DNA from: Octopus vulgaris
Taxonomy: Eukaryota
Direction of reading: 5' to 3'
NCBI GenBank assembly: GCA_951406725.2
Contig: OX597819.1
Span: 121,954,001-122,018,000 of the forward strand
DNA length: 64,000 nucleotides
Shown: in pieces, positions 52,741 through 64,000 of the stretch
Numbering within the stretch: position 1 is the stretch's first letter
Layout of the letters: each line of letters begins with the position of its first letter
Translations under genes and position numbers: made by a program
Notes under the pieces: generated by a model
Database searches by the model: none
Told to the model about the DNA's origin: nothing
What the model saw: the letters and a program-made list of their open reading frames with translations, nothing else

Positions 52741-54871
52741 ACGATTTATCTTCCTGCGAAGACGTAACTAGCAACTTCTGTTTTGCCTTTATTTCAGCGT
52801 TTTAATGATTTTGTTTTGCATCTTTTTACTATGGAACTATCCATTGCTTGCTTGATAGAAAAGTATTTAGTTTCGCCTTTGTACACTCTAATCTCAAATT
52901 CATCGATCGTCGGTTTTTTTTTTCCCATCCCGCATGGAGTCACTTCGGTTGGTATTCGGACGCATTCCAGTAACCCTACATTTTTCTATAAAAATAGGTT
53001 TGTGCCTAAGTACAATAAGGCATTAATTATTATTCCATCGACCCTGGGCCGATGAATATCCATGATGGAGTTTGAAATCAGAAACCAATGTCCTGAGAGT
53101 AAAAGTCGTAGACGAAAACTGTGTGGAAGCTTGTCGTATGTGTGTAGAATTTGGAGTTCTACACACACAGAGGCACGCACGCACGCACGCACAAACAGAC
53201 CGTTTGTTGATTGGCCATGGTTTCTTTTACGTCACCCTAACATAGTGGTCCGGCTAAAACGACCAATAGAATAAGTGCCAAATTTTAAAATTAAATGCTG
53301 ATTTCGATTTGTTTGACTAAACACTTTGAGGTTGTGCCCCAGCATGGCCACTGTCCAATGACTGAAACATCTCAGATATGAACACAATATTGATATAAAT
53401 ACAACAGCAATTCCACAATAATATTGCAACAATTATGCGACGTGCATTATATCAAAATATAACACGTAAAGAAACTCATAAACATTTGATATCAGACTTT
53501 TATAAATTTAATATCAAATAGGACAATATCCAATTTACGCACTACATTTATTATATTTTATTGTTTCTTCGTTGAATTTAGATTTCGGTTATTTAGAGTT
53601 CTTTTGAGATTAAATGGATGAAAGTTATTTAAAAAGAAATGTCGATATTCCAGTCCATTTTCTTCCATCTTTAATTTGTTTCCTCCATAAATCTTTGGTT
53701 ATTTCTATTATTTAAAACCTGGAATGATAATGAAAGAAAAATTGTTTTAAGGTATTAGAATATTTACGTCATAAGTATTTGGAAAATTCGAGATATATGG
53801 AATAAATCATTTTTAACGGTGAAACTAAAATTTTAAAAAACTATAGAAAATAACCCCCAGAATATTCTTTTCTGTTCTAGACACGTATCCCGAAATTTGG
53901 TGGTGTGAGGGAGCCAGTCGATTAGATCGATCCCAGTACACAACTGTTACTTAAATTATCGACCCCGAAAGGATGAAAAGCAAAGTCAACTTCGGCGGAA
54001 TCTGAACTCAGAACGTAGAAACAGACAAAATATCGATAAGCATTTCGCCCGGCGTGCTAACGTTTCTGCCAGCTTGTCGCCTTAACGGCCAGAATTTTGG
54101 CTTTAAAACCTCTGGGATGGAAAAAGATAAAAAAGTAAGGAATACTGCCCCTAGGACTCGAGCCTAGATATTCTATGACTATAACAAACGTTCTACCATT
54201 ATAACCAAAGCAACACTTCAAAATTTTGCCATCCATCTTAGAAGCTTTGTTCTTACCTGTGAGGATTGCAAATTGATGACGTTATAAGAAGTTAGAAATT
54301 TCGACAGATATAAAATAAATGGCTTTTAATTGTGGATCTCGAAGTAGACAGAGCAGTGAATAATAGCGCGTAAGATATTATAATAAAAGCTTTCTTTAGT
54401 TATGGCCTGCCTCTGAAATAAGTATGTGCACCCGATCTACACATTTATTTTGGCTCTCTGTCATTCTTTCATTTTATGAGATGTAAAGCGCGACTGTAGA
54501 AATCAACCAACCAACCAACCAACCAACCAACCAACTAACCAAACAACGAATAAACAAACAAACAAACAAATAATTTGTATCACTATTATTATTACTATAC
54601 ATGCATACATACATATAAAGATAAACAACCAGCCAGCCAGCCAGACAGATAGATTGATAGATAATTAGTTACACAGATTAATAGAGAGAAAGACAGACGT
54701 ATAGATAGAGAGACAGATAGATAGATTGATGGATAGACAGACAGGTTGACAGACAGACAGACATACAGAGAGATAGTTAGATTGATAGACAGACTGGCAG
54801 ACAGACAGATAGATAGATTGATGGATAGACAGACAGGCTGACAGACAGACTGACGTACAGACAGACGGATA

Positions 54872-56040
54872 TATAGGCTCCGTGTACTGATAGCAATTTT
54901 CTGGTCTTGGTATCCATTTTCTTCATATCTCTCTTTTTCCATTTTATAATTCCCGCTCCATACTGAAGAGATGCTATCGCCCATGTATTAACTACTTGGA
55001 TTTTATTCCATCCCCCCAATTTTGAGCGCAAGACCAACCTCAATCTTCGAAAATACTCCATCCAAAGTTGCTTTTTCATTTCCTTTTCCATTATCTCGTC
55101 GAATTCTAGTACACCAAGGTATTTGTATCCATCCGTTTCAATTTGCTTAATCAAGTCTCTATTCGGTAATTCTATCCTTGCTATGGATTGTACCTTACCC
55201 CTTTTTAGGTAGATTATTCCGCACTTGATTACAAGTTCCATTCTAATATCAGTATTAAATCAGTGGACCGTGTTCATCATGGAACTCACTTGTGTCTCAT
55301 CTTTGCCATACAGTTTCAAATCATCCATCCTTAAGATTGGTGGTTGATTGTCTAGGATTTTTCCTTTAGTTGGTACCCCATGTTCATTTTCCTGAGTACC
55401 ACGGTCAGGGGTATCATGCAGAGAAAGAAAGCAACGGATATAGGCTATCACTCTGGAAAATCCCACGTCTAATACCCAGGGTGCCCAAGCTTTTTCCTTA
55501 AGTTGCCAGTTCTGTTTTCCGCCCAACCATTCTTCTCTTCAGGAAACACGTTACATTCCTCGCAATTCTAAACTGATCTAAGCACTCAATGATCTACGAA
55601 ACTGGAATCCTCTCATAAGCTTTGTAATAGTCAATCCAAACCATTCCAAGACTTGTTCTCCTTCGTTCTTTATCATGCATTACCATTTTGTCTACCAATA
55701 TTTGATCTTTGGTAACTCTGCATCTTCTACAGCCTTTTTGTTCCGGTGGTAATATATCGTTCCCATCAAGAAATTTATACAGTTCTTCTGCAATTCCTCC
55801 TGGCAGTAACTTTCACATTAACGGGAAGCAGGGTATTGGTCTGTATTTGTCAGCAGCAGCATTCCCTTTTGATGCATCTTTCAGGTACAACACCGTTCGT
55901 CCTTTTTTCAACCAGCCCGATTGCATTAAATTACACTGCGATCAATTTATGGCAATTACTGAACATTTTTATTTGAGGTATATGTCATCGACTAACCTGC
56001 TCCCCACAAAATTTCGGGTCTTGTGCCTACAGTAGAAACG
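54872..56040 (-). mobile_element. R4/Dong-clade LINE RT fragment
   Basis: MDDLKLYGKDE, GYKYLGVLE..MKKQLWMEYFRRLRLVLRSKLGGWNKIQVVNTWAIASLQYGAG. Confidence 0.85.
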
Positions 56041-56129
<89 letters not shown>

Positions 56130-56132
56130 TAT

Positions 56133-56283
56133 TGCCTTTGCACAGCTTCTCACTCTGGAGATTTTCCTACGGTGTCAGCTGTTCACTATCTGTGAACTAA
56201 AGAAACACCTCTTATTTTTCGAGTACCTTCCGGAGTATTCGAGCGGTTCCAAGCAGTGCTGTTTTCTGCAAGTGCTCCACCCT
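56133..56283 (-). mobile_element. R4/Dong-type 3' end fragment between trinucleotide arrays
   Basis: EHLQKTALLGTARILRKVLEK* followed by a short UTR and (ATG/AAT)n. Confidence 0.7.
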
Positions 56284-56310
56284 TTATTGTTATTATTATT
56301 GTTGTTGTTG

Positions 56311-56347
<37 letters not shown>

Positions 56348-57788
56348 TTCTTTACTACCCACAAGGAGCTACACACAGAGGGGACAAATAAGGACAGACA
56401 AACGGATAAAGTCGATTACATCGACCACAGTGCGTAACTGGTACTTAATTTATCGACCCCGAAAGGATGAAAGGCAAAGTCGACCTCGACGGAATTTGAA
56501 CTCAGAACGTAACGGCAGACAAAATACGGCTACGCATTTCGCCCGGCGTGCTAACGTTTCAGCCAGCTAGCAGCCTTATTATTATAATATAAATCTTTTG
56601 CTGCATAATTCACTGGCTTTTCATTAAGTTATATTGATTTCAAGTGTATAAATAGACGAAGAATTTAGTTTTAAATTTGACACCGGCATCAACACATTTA
56701 GTCACAGCTTTCTATCTGTCTATTTATTCTCATTTTTTTTTTATTTGAATGTGTTATTATGCCTGATGTCAAGTTGAACTCGGATGTAATGTATCAGGTT
56801 TGAGCTTTCAACTGGTAAGCAGTGAAAAGCAAACACACACATAGACAGAAACAAAGAAACTCACAAACACGTTTTATTTATAACGCGAGGTAGGTAAACA
56901 CCAGAAAAATATAAAATAAAGTAATATAAATTAGACGGGTCTTCAACATCAATGGCTGAACTAGAAAATTCTTTTTCTTTTCCACCTAACAGGACTAACT
57001 AGGTTTTGTTATTAAGACAAGTCAAATATTTATTTTAGGGCAAGTGTCGAAGAGAAAAAACATAAACTGCTAATAAATAAAAGACACAGCTAGTTTCGAT
57101 ATTTTGTTAACTATGAATTTCTTTTAATGCACAGCCTTACCCTGACGTCACAAATCTCTTTAGTCTTCATTTTATAAAGGTGCGATAGGAAAGCCTCCCA
57201 CATTTTATATCGCCATTGCCATGATGATAGTGAAGTAAAAGTAATGATAATAACGGTTTTTTATGTAGCTGATATATTATCGTTTTGTTTTCTTTCCAAT
57301 GATCTTATGAATTGTTGCATAGTGTGCTTAGACTCTCAAAACTTTAATTTAGAATGGTAAATCTTGGAGGGTTTTTGTCGCACACTGTAGATCTTAATAT
57401 CTATTTCATTGACGTTCCTCGCTCTAACTATTGTATTTACTCTTTAGTTCAAGAAAGCACACACTGTCCACAGAAGCATCCTGATTTTAAGGTGGTGAGC
57501 TGGCAGAAACGTTAACACGCCGGGCGAAATTCTTTGCCGTATTTTGTCTGCCGCTACGTTCTGAGTTCAAATTCCGCCGAGGACGACTTTGCCATTCATC
57601 CTTTCGGGGTCGATAAATTAAGTACCAGTTACGCACTGGGATCGATATAATCGACTTAATCCGTTTGTCTGTTCTTGTTTGTCCCCTCTATGTTGAGCCC
57701 CTTGTGGGCAATAAAGAAATAAGAAACATCATGATTTTAATCCCATTGAGCCTCATCAGTTATGCTATATCTAATATCGTAACAATAT

Positions 57789-58120
57789 ACGAAGGAGTAC
57801 TGAAAAGTTACTGGCTTTAAGGGTTTCGCGAAAGGCCTGGCTGGAGATGCAACCTCTTGAGCTCTTTTACTGGGCTTAGAAAAACTGATGGACCATTGCA
57901 ATGTGTGAATCTGAGAGGGGAATATGTCATGAATAAAGTCATGATTTTCTTCAACATAGGAGGGGCTGTGTGGTAAGTAGCTTGCTTGCGAACCACATGG
58001 TTCCGAGTTCAGTCCCACTGCTTCTACTATTCTACTGTCTTCTACTATTTCCTCGGACCCACCAAAGCCTTGTGAGTGGATTTGGTAGACGGAAACTGAA
58101 AGAAGCCCGTCGTATATATG

Positions 58121-58182
<62 letters not shown>

Positions 58183-58443
58183 TGTGTCTGTGTTTGTTCC
58201 TCCCCCAACATCACTTGACAGCCGATGCTGGTGTGTTTACGTCCCCGTAACTCAGCGGTTCGGCAAAAGAGACCGATAGAATAAGTACTAGGCTTACAAA
58301 GAATAAATCCTGAGGTCAATTTGCTCGACTAAAAGGCGGTGCTCCAGCTTGGCCACAGTCAAATTCCAAAAACAAGTAAAAGAGTAACTGATCGTCCCGT
58401 ATATTCTTTTAACCAAAACCAAGAATTTTCCACTATCCCCTCG
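57789..58443 (+). mobile_element. Mariner-derived MITE interrupted by a family C SINE (57958-58385)
   Basis: TA-CGAAGGAGTACTGAAAAGTT... and ...AATTTTCCACTATCCCCTCG-TA. A related left part lies at about 39916-40050. Confidence 0.6.
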
Positions 58444-58516
58444 TAATTATTGTCTTCTTTGCTTTTTCGTAGCTTTGTTTTGTCTTTAAAAATTCAAAAA
58501 AAAGAAATACTTACGT

Positions 58517-58725
58517 TTAATAATTATTGTTGTTATTGTTTGGGTTATTTTGAGTGCACGCTGTGGTGCTCAAGGTTGTACAACGTTGCAGCTGCACATT
58601 GAAAATTAAGTTATCCTGGCAGGCCATAGATGGGAATGATGTGTGATTGAAACAGGGAATGAACCTTCTGCAATTTTTAGGATCCCGATTCAGGCCGAAA
58701 GGATAAGAATTGCACAGGGGATCAT
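58517..58725 (-). CDS. Chitin-binding gene 2 (paralog), last coding exon: ChtBD2 domain plus Asn-rich tail
   Basis: CCCTTTTTCAG| acceptor, phase 1. DDPLCNSYPFGLNRDPKNCRRFIPCFNHTSFPSMACQDNLIFNVQLQRCTTLSTTACTQNNPNNNNNNY*; 37/57 residues identical to gene 1 exon 2 with all six Cys kept. GTAAGT donor 2 nt after the stop. Confidence 0.9.
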
Positions 58726-58896
58726 CTGAAAAAGGGAAAAGTAAAATAAAATAAAATAAAACGGAAAATAAACTTGCTCAGTAACAATATATTGGGTGAT
58801 TGCGAATCAGGAGATTTTCACAAGCCCTCAATATTAAATTGTCCAAAAATCAGTTCTGAATATAAATATATGAAAATATATCCAGTAAGGTCTCTA

Positions 58897-59425
58897 GGCG
58901 TAGGAGCGGCTGTGTGGTAAGTAGCTTGTCCCCTCTTTGTAATGCCCTCATGGCAAATATTTATGAAATAAAGTAGCTTGCTTATGAATTACATGGTTCC
59001 GGGTTCAGTCCCACTGCGTGACACCTTGGGCAAGTGTCTTCTACTATAGCCTCAGGCCAAGCAAAGCCTTGTGAGTGGACTTGGTAGACGGAAACTGAAA
59101 GAAGCCAGTCGTATATATGTATATATATATATATATGTGTATGTATGTATGTATGTATGTATGTATGTATGTATGTATGTATGTATGTATGTATGTATGT
59201 GTGTGTGTGTGTTTGTGTGTCTGTGTTTGTCCTCCCAACATCGCTTGACAACCGATGCTGGTATGTTTATGTCCCCGTAACCTAGCGATTCGGCAAAAGA
59301 AACCGATAGAATAAGTACCAGTCTTACAAAGAATAAGTCCTGGGTCGATTTGCTCGACTAAAGTTGGTGCTCCAGCATGGCCACATTCAACTGACTGAAA
59401 CAAGTAAAAGAGTAAAGAGAAAGAG
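58897..59425 (+). mobile_element. SINE family C
   Basis: Matches the other copies. Small insertion flanked by a repeated AAGTAGCTTG. Confidence 0.85.
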
Positions 59426-59641
59426 TATACGAACATAGTCCGTTCTGGAGCACTGTTCGTTAACCAAATTGTTCGTTACAAGAGTAGTTAACATACATAT
59501 AAATATAGGAAATCTCATGCCCAGCCACCTCCAAACGCCATATAAAGGTGTGAAATTATGTTTTCTTTGTCTTCCATCAGTAGCAGGTATATAGATACAT
59601 ACATCTGTGTGTTCGCGGCCATTTGCGTGCGCCTGTTTGCC

Positions 59642-60178
59642 GGCGAGCTGGCAGAATCATTAGCACGTCGGGCGAAATGCTTAGTGGTATTTCGTCTGCC
59701 GTTACGTTCTGAGTTCAAATTCCGCCGAAGTCGACTTTGCCTTTCATCCTTTCGGGGTCAATAAATTAAGTACCAGTTACGCACTGGGGTCGATGTAATC
59801 GATTTAATCCGTTTGTCTGTCCTTGCTTGCCCCCTCTGTGTTTAGCCCCTTGTGGGTAGTAAAGAAATAGGTATTCGGTCTGACGCTACGTTCTGAGTTC
59901 AAATTCCGCCGATATCGACTTTGCCTTTCATCCTTTTGGGGGTCTATAAATTAAGTACCAGTTACGCACTGAGGTTGATATAATCGACTTAATCCAAGGA
60001 CAGACGAACGGATTAAGTCGATTACATCGACCCCAGTGCGTAACTGGTGCTTAATTTATTTACCCCGAAAGGATGAAAGGCAAAGTCGACCTCGGTGGAA
60101 TTTGAACTCAGAACGTAGCGGCAGACGAAATACGGCTACGCATTTCGCCCGGCGTGCTAACGTTTCTGCCATCTCGCC
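59642..60178. mobile_element. SINE family B dimer (+) fused tail-to-tail to an inverted family B copy (-)
   Basis: Head 59642-59686, unit from 59687, junction 59870/59871, orientation flip at about 59995. Confidence 0.85.
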
Positions 60179-60512
60179 GCTTTCGAGCCAAGAATACCCT
60201 GATTACATAAATAAATATATACAATTCAAACAGTTCGCACGGAAGTCATTTGGTGCCGAATCAAACTGATTAACTGATAAATTATGTAACTTCAAAGGTG
60301 ACAAGCTTGCGGAATCATAAACACGCAGGAGAAAATACTCATTGGTATTTCGTCCGTCTTTAAGTTCTGAGTTCTAATGCCATTGAGGTCGATAAAATAA
60401 CTACCATTTGAGTACTTAGCCACCTCATCGAAGTTGCTGATCTTGTGCAAAAATGTGAAATCAATATATGTAACTCCTACTAAATGTATAAATACATACG
60501 TTTATACAATAC

Positions 60513-60815
60513 GGAGGCGCAATGGCCCAGTGGTTAGGACAGCGGACTCGCGGTCGGAGGATCGCGGTTTCGATTCTCAGACCGGGCGTTGTGAGTGTTT
60601 ATTGAGCGAAAACGCCTGAAGCCCCACGAGGCTCTGGCAGGGGATGGTGGCGACCCCTGTTGTACTGTTTCGCCCCAAATTTCTCTCACACTTTCTTCCT
60701 GTTTCTTGAGTAACGCTGCGATAGACTGGCGTCCCGTCCAGCTGGCGGGGGGTACGCTATAGAAAACAGGAAACCGGGCCCATGAGTCTGGCAAGACTTG
60801 AAAAGGGCGCATAAT
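60513..60815 (+). mobile_element. SINE head A plus tail 2
   Basis: Matches the 32349 copy. Confidence 0.85.
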
Positions 60816-60895
60816 AAAATAATGCATAAGAGTATAAGTATAATGTATGCATATATGTATGTATGTAGGTAAGTATGTACGTATCTTTTTTAAAA

Positions 60896-61216
60896 GACTC
60901 CGCCGGTTACGACGACGAGGGTCCCAGCTGATACGATCAACGGAACAGCTTGCTCGTGAAATTAACGTGCAAATGGCTGAGCATTCCACAGACACGTGTA
61001 CCCTTAACGTAGTTCTCGGGGATAATCAGCGTGACACAGAGAGTGACAAGGCTGACCCTTTGAAATACAAGTACAACTCATTTTTGCCAGCTGAGTGGAC
61101 TGGAGCAACGTGAAATAAAGTGTCTTGCTCAAGGACACAACGCGTCGCCGGGAATCGAACTCACAACCTTACGATCATGAGCCGAATGCCCTAACCACTA
61201 AGCCACGCGCCCTCAC
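60896..61216 (-). mobile_element. SINE head D plus tail 1
   Basis: Head GAGGGCGCGTGGCTTAGTGGTTAGGGC...GAGTTCGATTCCC. The 3' half matches the 14308-type tail. Confidence 0.85.
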
Positions 61217-61964
61217 AGTGTACGTATCTAAGTATATACGTAAGTATGTATTCAGAGAGAGAGAGAAAGAGAGAAGGCGGTGGGTTTTGTGTGTTTGTAT
61301 GGGTGTTTTGGCTGTCATTCGTTTGAGGTCGTTCGAGATCGACTGAGGCAAGAAGACGATATATTAACGATAGCGCATTTTGACATCAGGGTTAGGCCCG
61401 TTTAAGTTCTGTCTATAATTTCGTTCATAACTGTATTGTAGCTACGTGTATATAAATAAAACTTTGTTTACCGTGTAGAACTTTATTGAATAAATAATAT
61501 CCACTAATTGATGAAAATAAACAATGGAATGATTGATAAGTTTGGTTGATGGCAATAAATAATGACATGGAAGAGTTAAGTAAAGTGTCTCTTACGGTAA
61601 AATGTGTGTTTTGGAAAATTAAAAAGCAAACACGAATTCACCGACCGAATTTCTCCTACTTGTATACATACATATATACATACCCCACTTTCCCACGTTC
61701 AGACACGCACGCACACATTCATATAAATATATGCGATACAATATATAAATATATATTTATTTATACATGTTCTTTTACTTGTTTCAGTCATTTTGACTGC
61801 GGCCATGCTGGAGCACCTCCTTTACTTGAACAAATTGATCCCAGGATTTATTCTTTGTAAGCCTAAGTGCTTCTTCTGTCGATCTCTTTTGCCGAATAAG
61901 TTTGCCAATAACTTTCGGGGACGTAAACACACCAAGCGATGGTAGGGTGACAAAGACAGACACA

Positions 61965-62400
<436 letters not shown>

Positions 62401-62424
62401 ATATACATATATATATATATATAC

Positions 62425-62845
62425 GGGCAGGAGTGGCTGTGTAGTAAGTAACTTACTTACCAAGCATATGGTTCAGGGTTCAGTCCCACTGCGTGGCACC
62501 TTGGGTAAGTTTCTTTCACTACAACCTCGGGCCGACCAAAGCCTTATGAATGGATTTGGTAGACGGAAACTGAAAGAAGCTCGTCGTATATATGTTTATA
62601 TATATATACATACATACATATATATATATATGTATGTGTGTTTATAAGTTTGTGTGTCTGTGTTGACAACCGATGCTGGTGTGTTTACGTCCCCGTAACT
62701 TATCGGTTCGGCATAAGAGACGATAGAAGAAGTAATAGGCTTACAAAGAATAAGTCTTGGGGTCTATTTGCTCGACTAAACACGGCGTTCCAGCATGGCT
62801 GCAGTAAATTGACTGAAACAAGTAAAATAGTAAAATAGTAAAAGA
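62425..62845 (+). mobile_element. SINE family C
   Basis: Matches the other copies. Confidence 0.85.
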
Positions 62846-62955
62846 GTATATACATATATACGACGGGCTTCATTCATTTTCCATCTACCAGAAAACCACC
62901 GAATGCTAAAACATACGCATGCATATATTCAAAAGAAATATGTATGTATAGGCGG

Positions 62956-63020
<65 letters not shown>

Positions 63021-63961
63021 CAAACACACACACACACACACATGCTGATTTAAGGTTATTAGTTTAAAGTCAGTTCAGACGGCGAGCTGGCAGAATCGTT
63101 AGCACGCCGGGCACAATGCTTAGCGATATTTCGTCTCTACATTCTGAGTTCAAATTCCGCCGAGGTCGACTTTGCCTTTCATCTTTTTTACGGTCGATAA
63201 AATAAGTACCAGTTTAACACTTGGGTTGATGTAATCGACTTGGCCTCTGTTCCGAAATTACTGGCTTTGTACAAAAATTAGAAACCATTACATTCATACA
63301 CACACACACAAAACTATTTATTGTTGTATATAAGAGAAGGAGCGGGGCTTAGAGATTAAGATGGATTCACTATCGTGATTTCAATTGCCGAGCAGTGCAG
63401 TGAGCTTTTGCGTACAACCTTTCATTTTGCGTTGCTTTACAAGCACTTCGACACCTGACGTGCGGCACATCATCCACTTGTAGAGGCAATCCCGATTTAA
63501 CGGAGGATGTGAGCTAATGTACTGTACAAACATTTATTCTCTATAAATAAATCATCTGTGAAAGTTGTTCAGCAAGAAATTTCGGAATCCCCATATTTTA
63601 TCTAAGATAGGAGAGTCCCCGAAAAATGTATATAAACCAAAAACAATATATACACACTCCAGAGAAAGAAAAACAGGTAGAAATATTTCAATACTAAATT
63701 TAGACATAAGACTGATATAAGTTGCTTTTAACTTTTTTCCTTTATTTTTGCCCTTTATTTTTGTAAGTGGACAAATCAGTCGAATTACCAGAGGTCATTG
63801 TCTAGTGTGCATTGACGTCAAGAGGTTTTCTTTGAAGATACACTTTGTGGTCAAGTGTACTTAGACATCCTACACACGTCCATTTTACCTGCCTTACATG
63901 TAATTTTTTCTTTCAGAAAAACGTCACACAGCAAGACTACCGCCGAGACTTGCGAGCTTAC

Positions 63962-64000
63962 CTGGATGAGAATTCTCAAAGATACTAGATCGTACGAAGA
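63962..64000 (-). CDS. Candidate upstream exon end of chitin-binding gene 2 (truncated by the window edge)
   Basis: Strong donor CAG|GTAAGC. The open frame FVRSSIFENSHP+G is phase 1, compatible with the 58725 exon. Only 39 nt are visible and there is no clear homology. Confidence 0.35.

Noticed and set aside
63917-63988. Plus-strand candidate terminal exon (TTTCAG|KNVTQQDYRRDLRAYLDENSQRY*)
   Set aside because: No upstream plus-strand exons were found, and it overlaps a better-fitting minus-strand donor. It cannot be fully excluded.

Overview
Eukaryotic, AT-rich and extremely repeat-dense DNA. The SINE, microsatellite and LINE content suggests an octopus or other coleoid cephalopod; this is an inference. 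The only host coding content found is a minus-strand tandem family of small secreted chitin-binding (ChtBD2/peritrophin-A, CBM14-like) genes. Gene 1 is complete: signal peptide plus two 6-Cys domains, exons 21251-20975 and 12747-12568, and a probable last exon from 11360 that completes a split stop codon. A decayed partial duplicate of its 3' half lies at about 6.9-10.5 kb. A second paralog has its domain-2 exon at 58725-58515, which the ORF track misses, and it probably continues past the right edge. The rest is mobile DNA: nested Tc1/mariner elements and MITEs, R4/Dong-type RLE LINEs piled into (AAT)n arrays, RTE/CR1 fragments, several tRNA-derived SINE families, and Penelope-type minimal hammerhead ribozymes clustered at 44.6-48 kb. 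The most unusual signals are 184-bp SINE multimers that share one fixed junction at independent loci, a tRNA-like head fused to a hammerhead-bearing segment, and a complete head-by-tail matrix of SINE modules.
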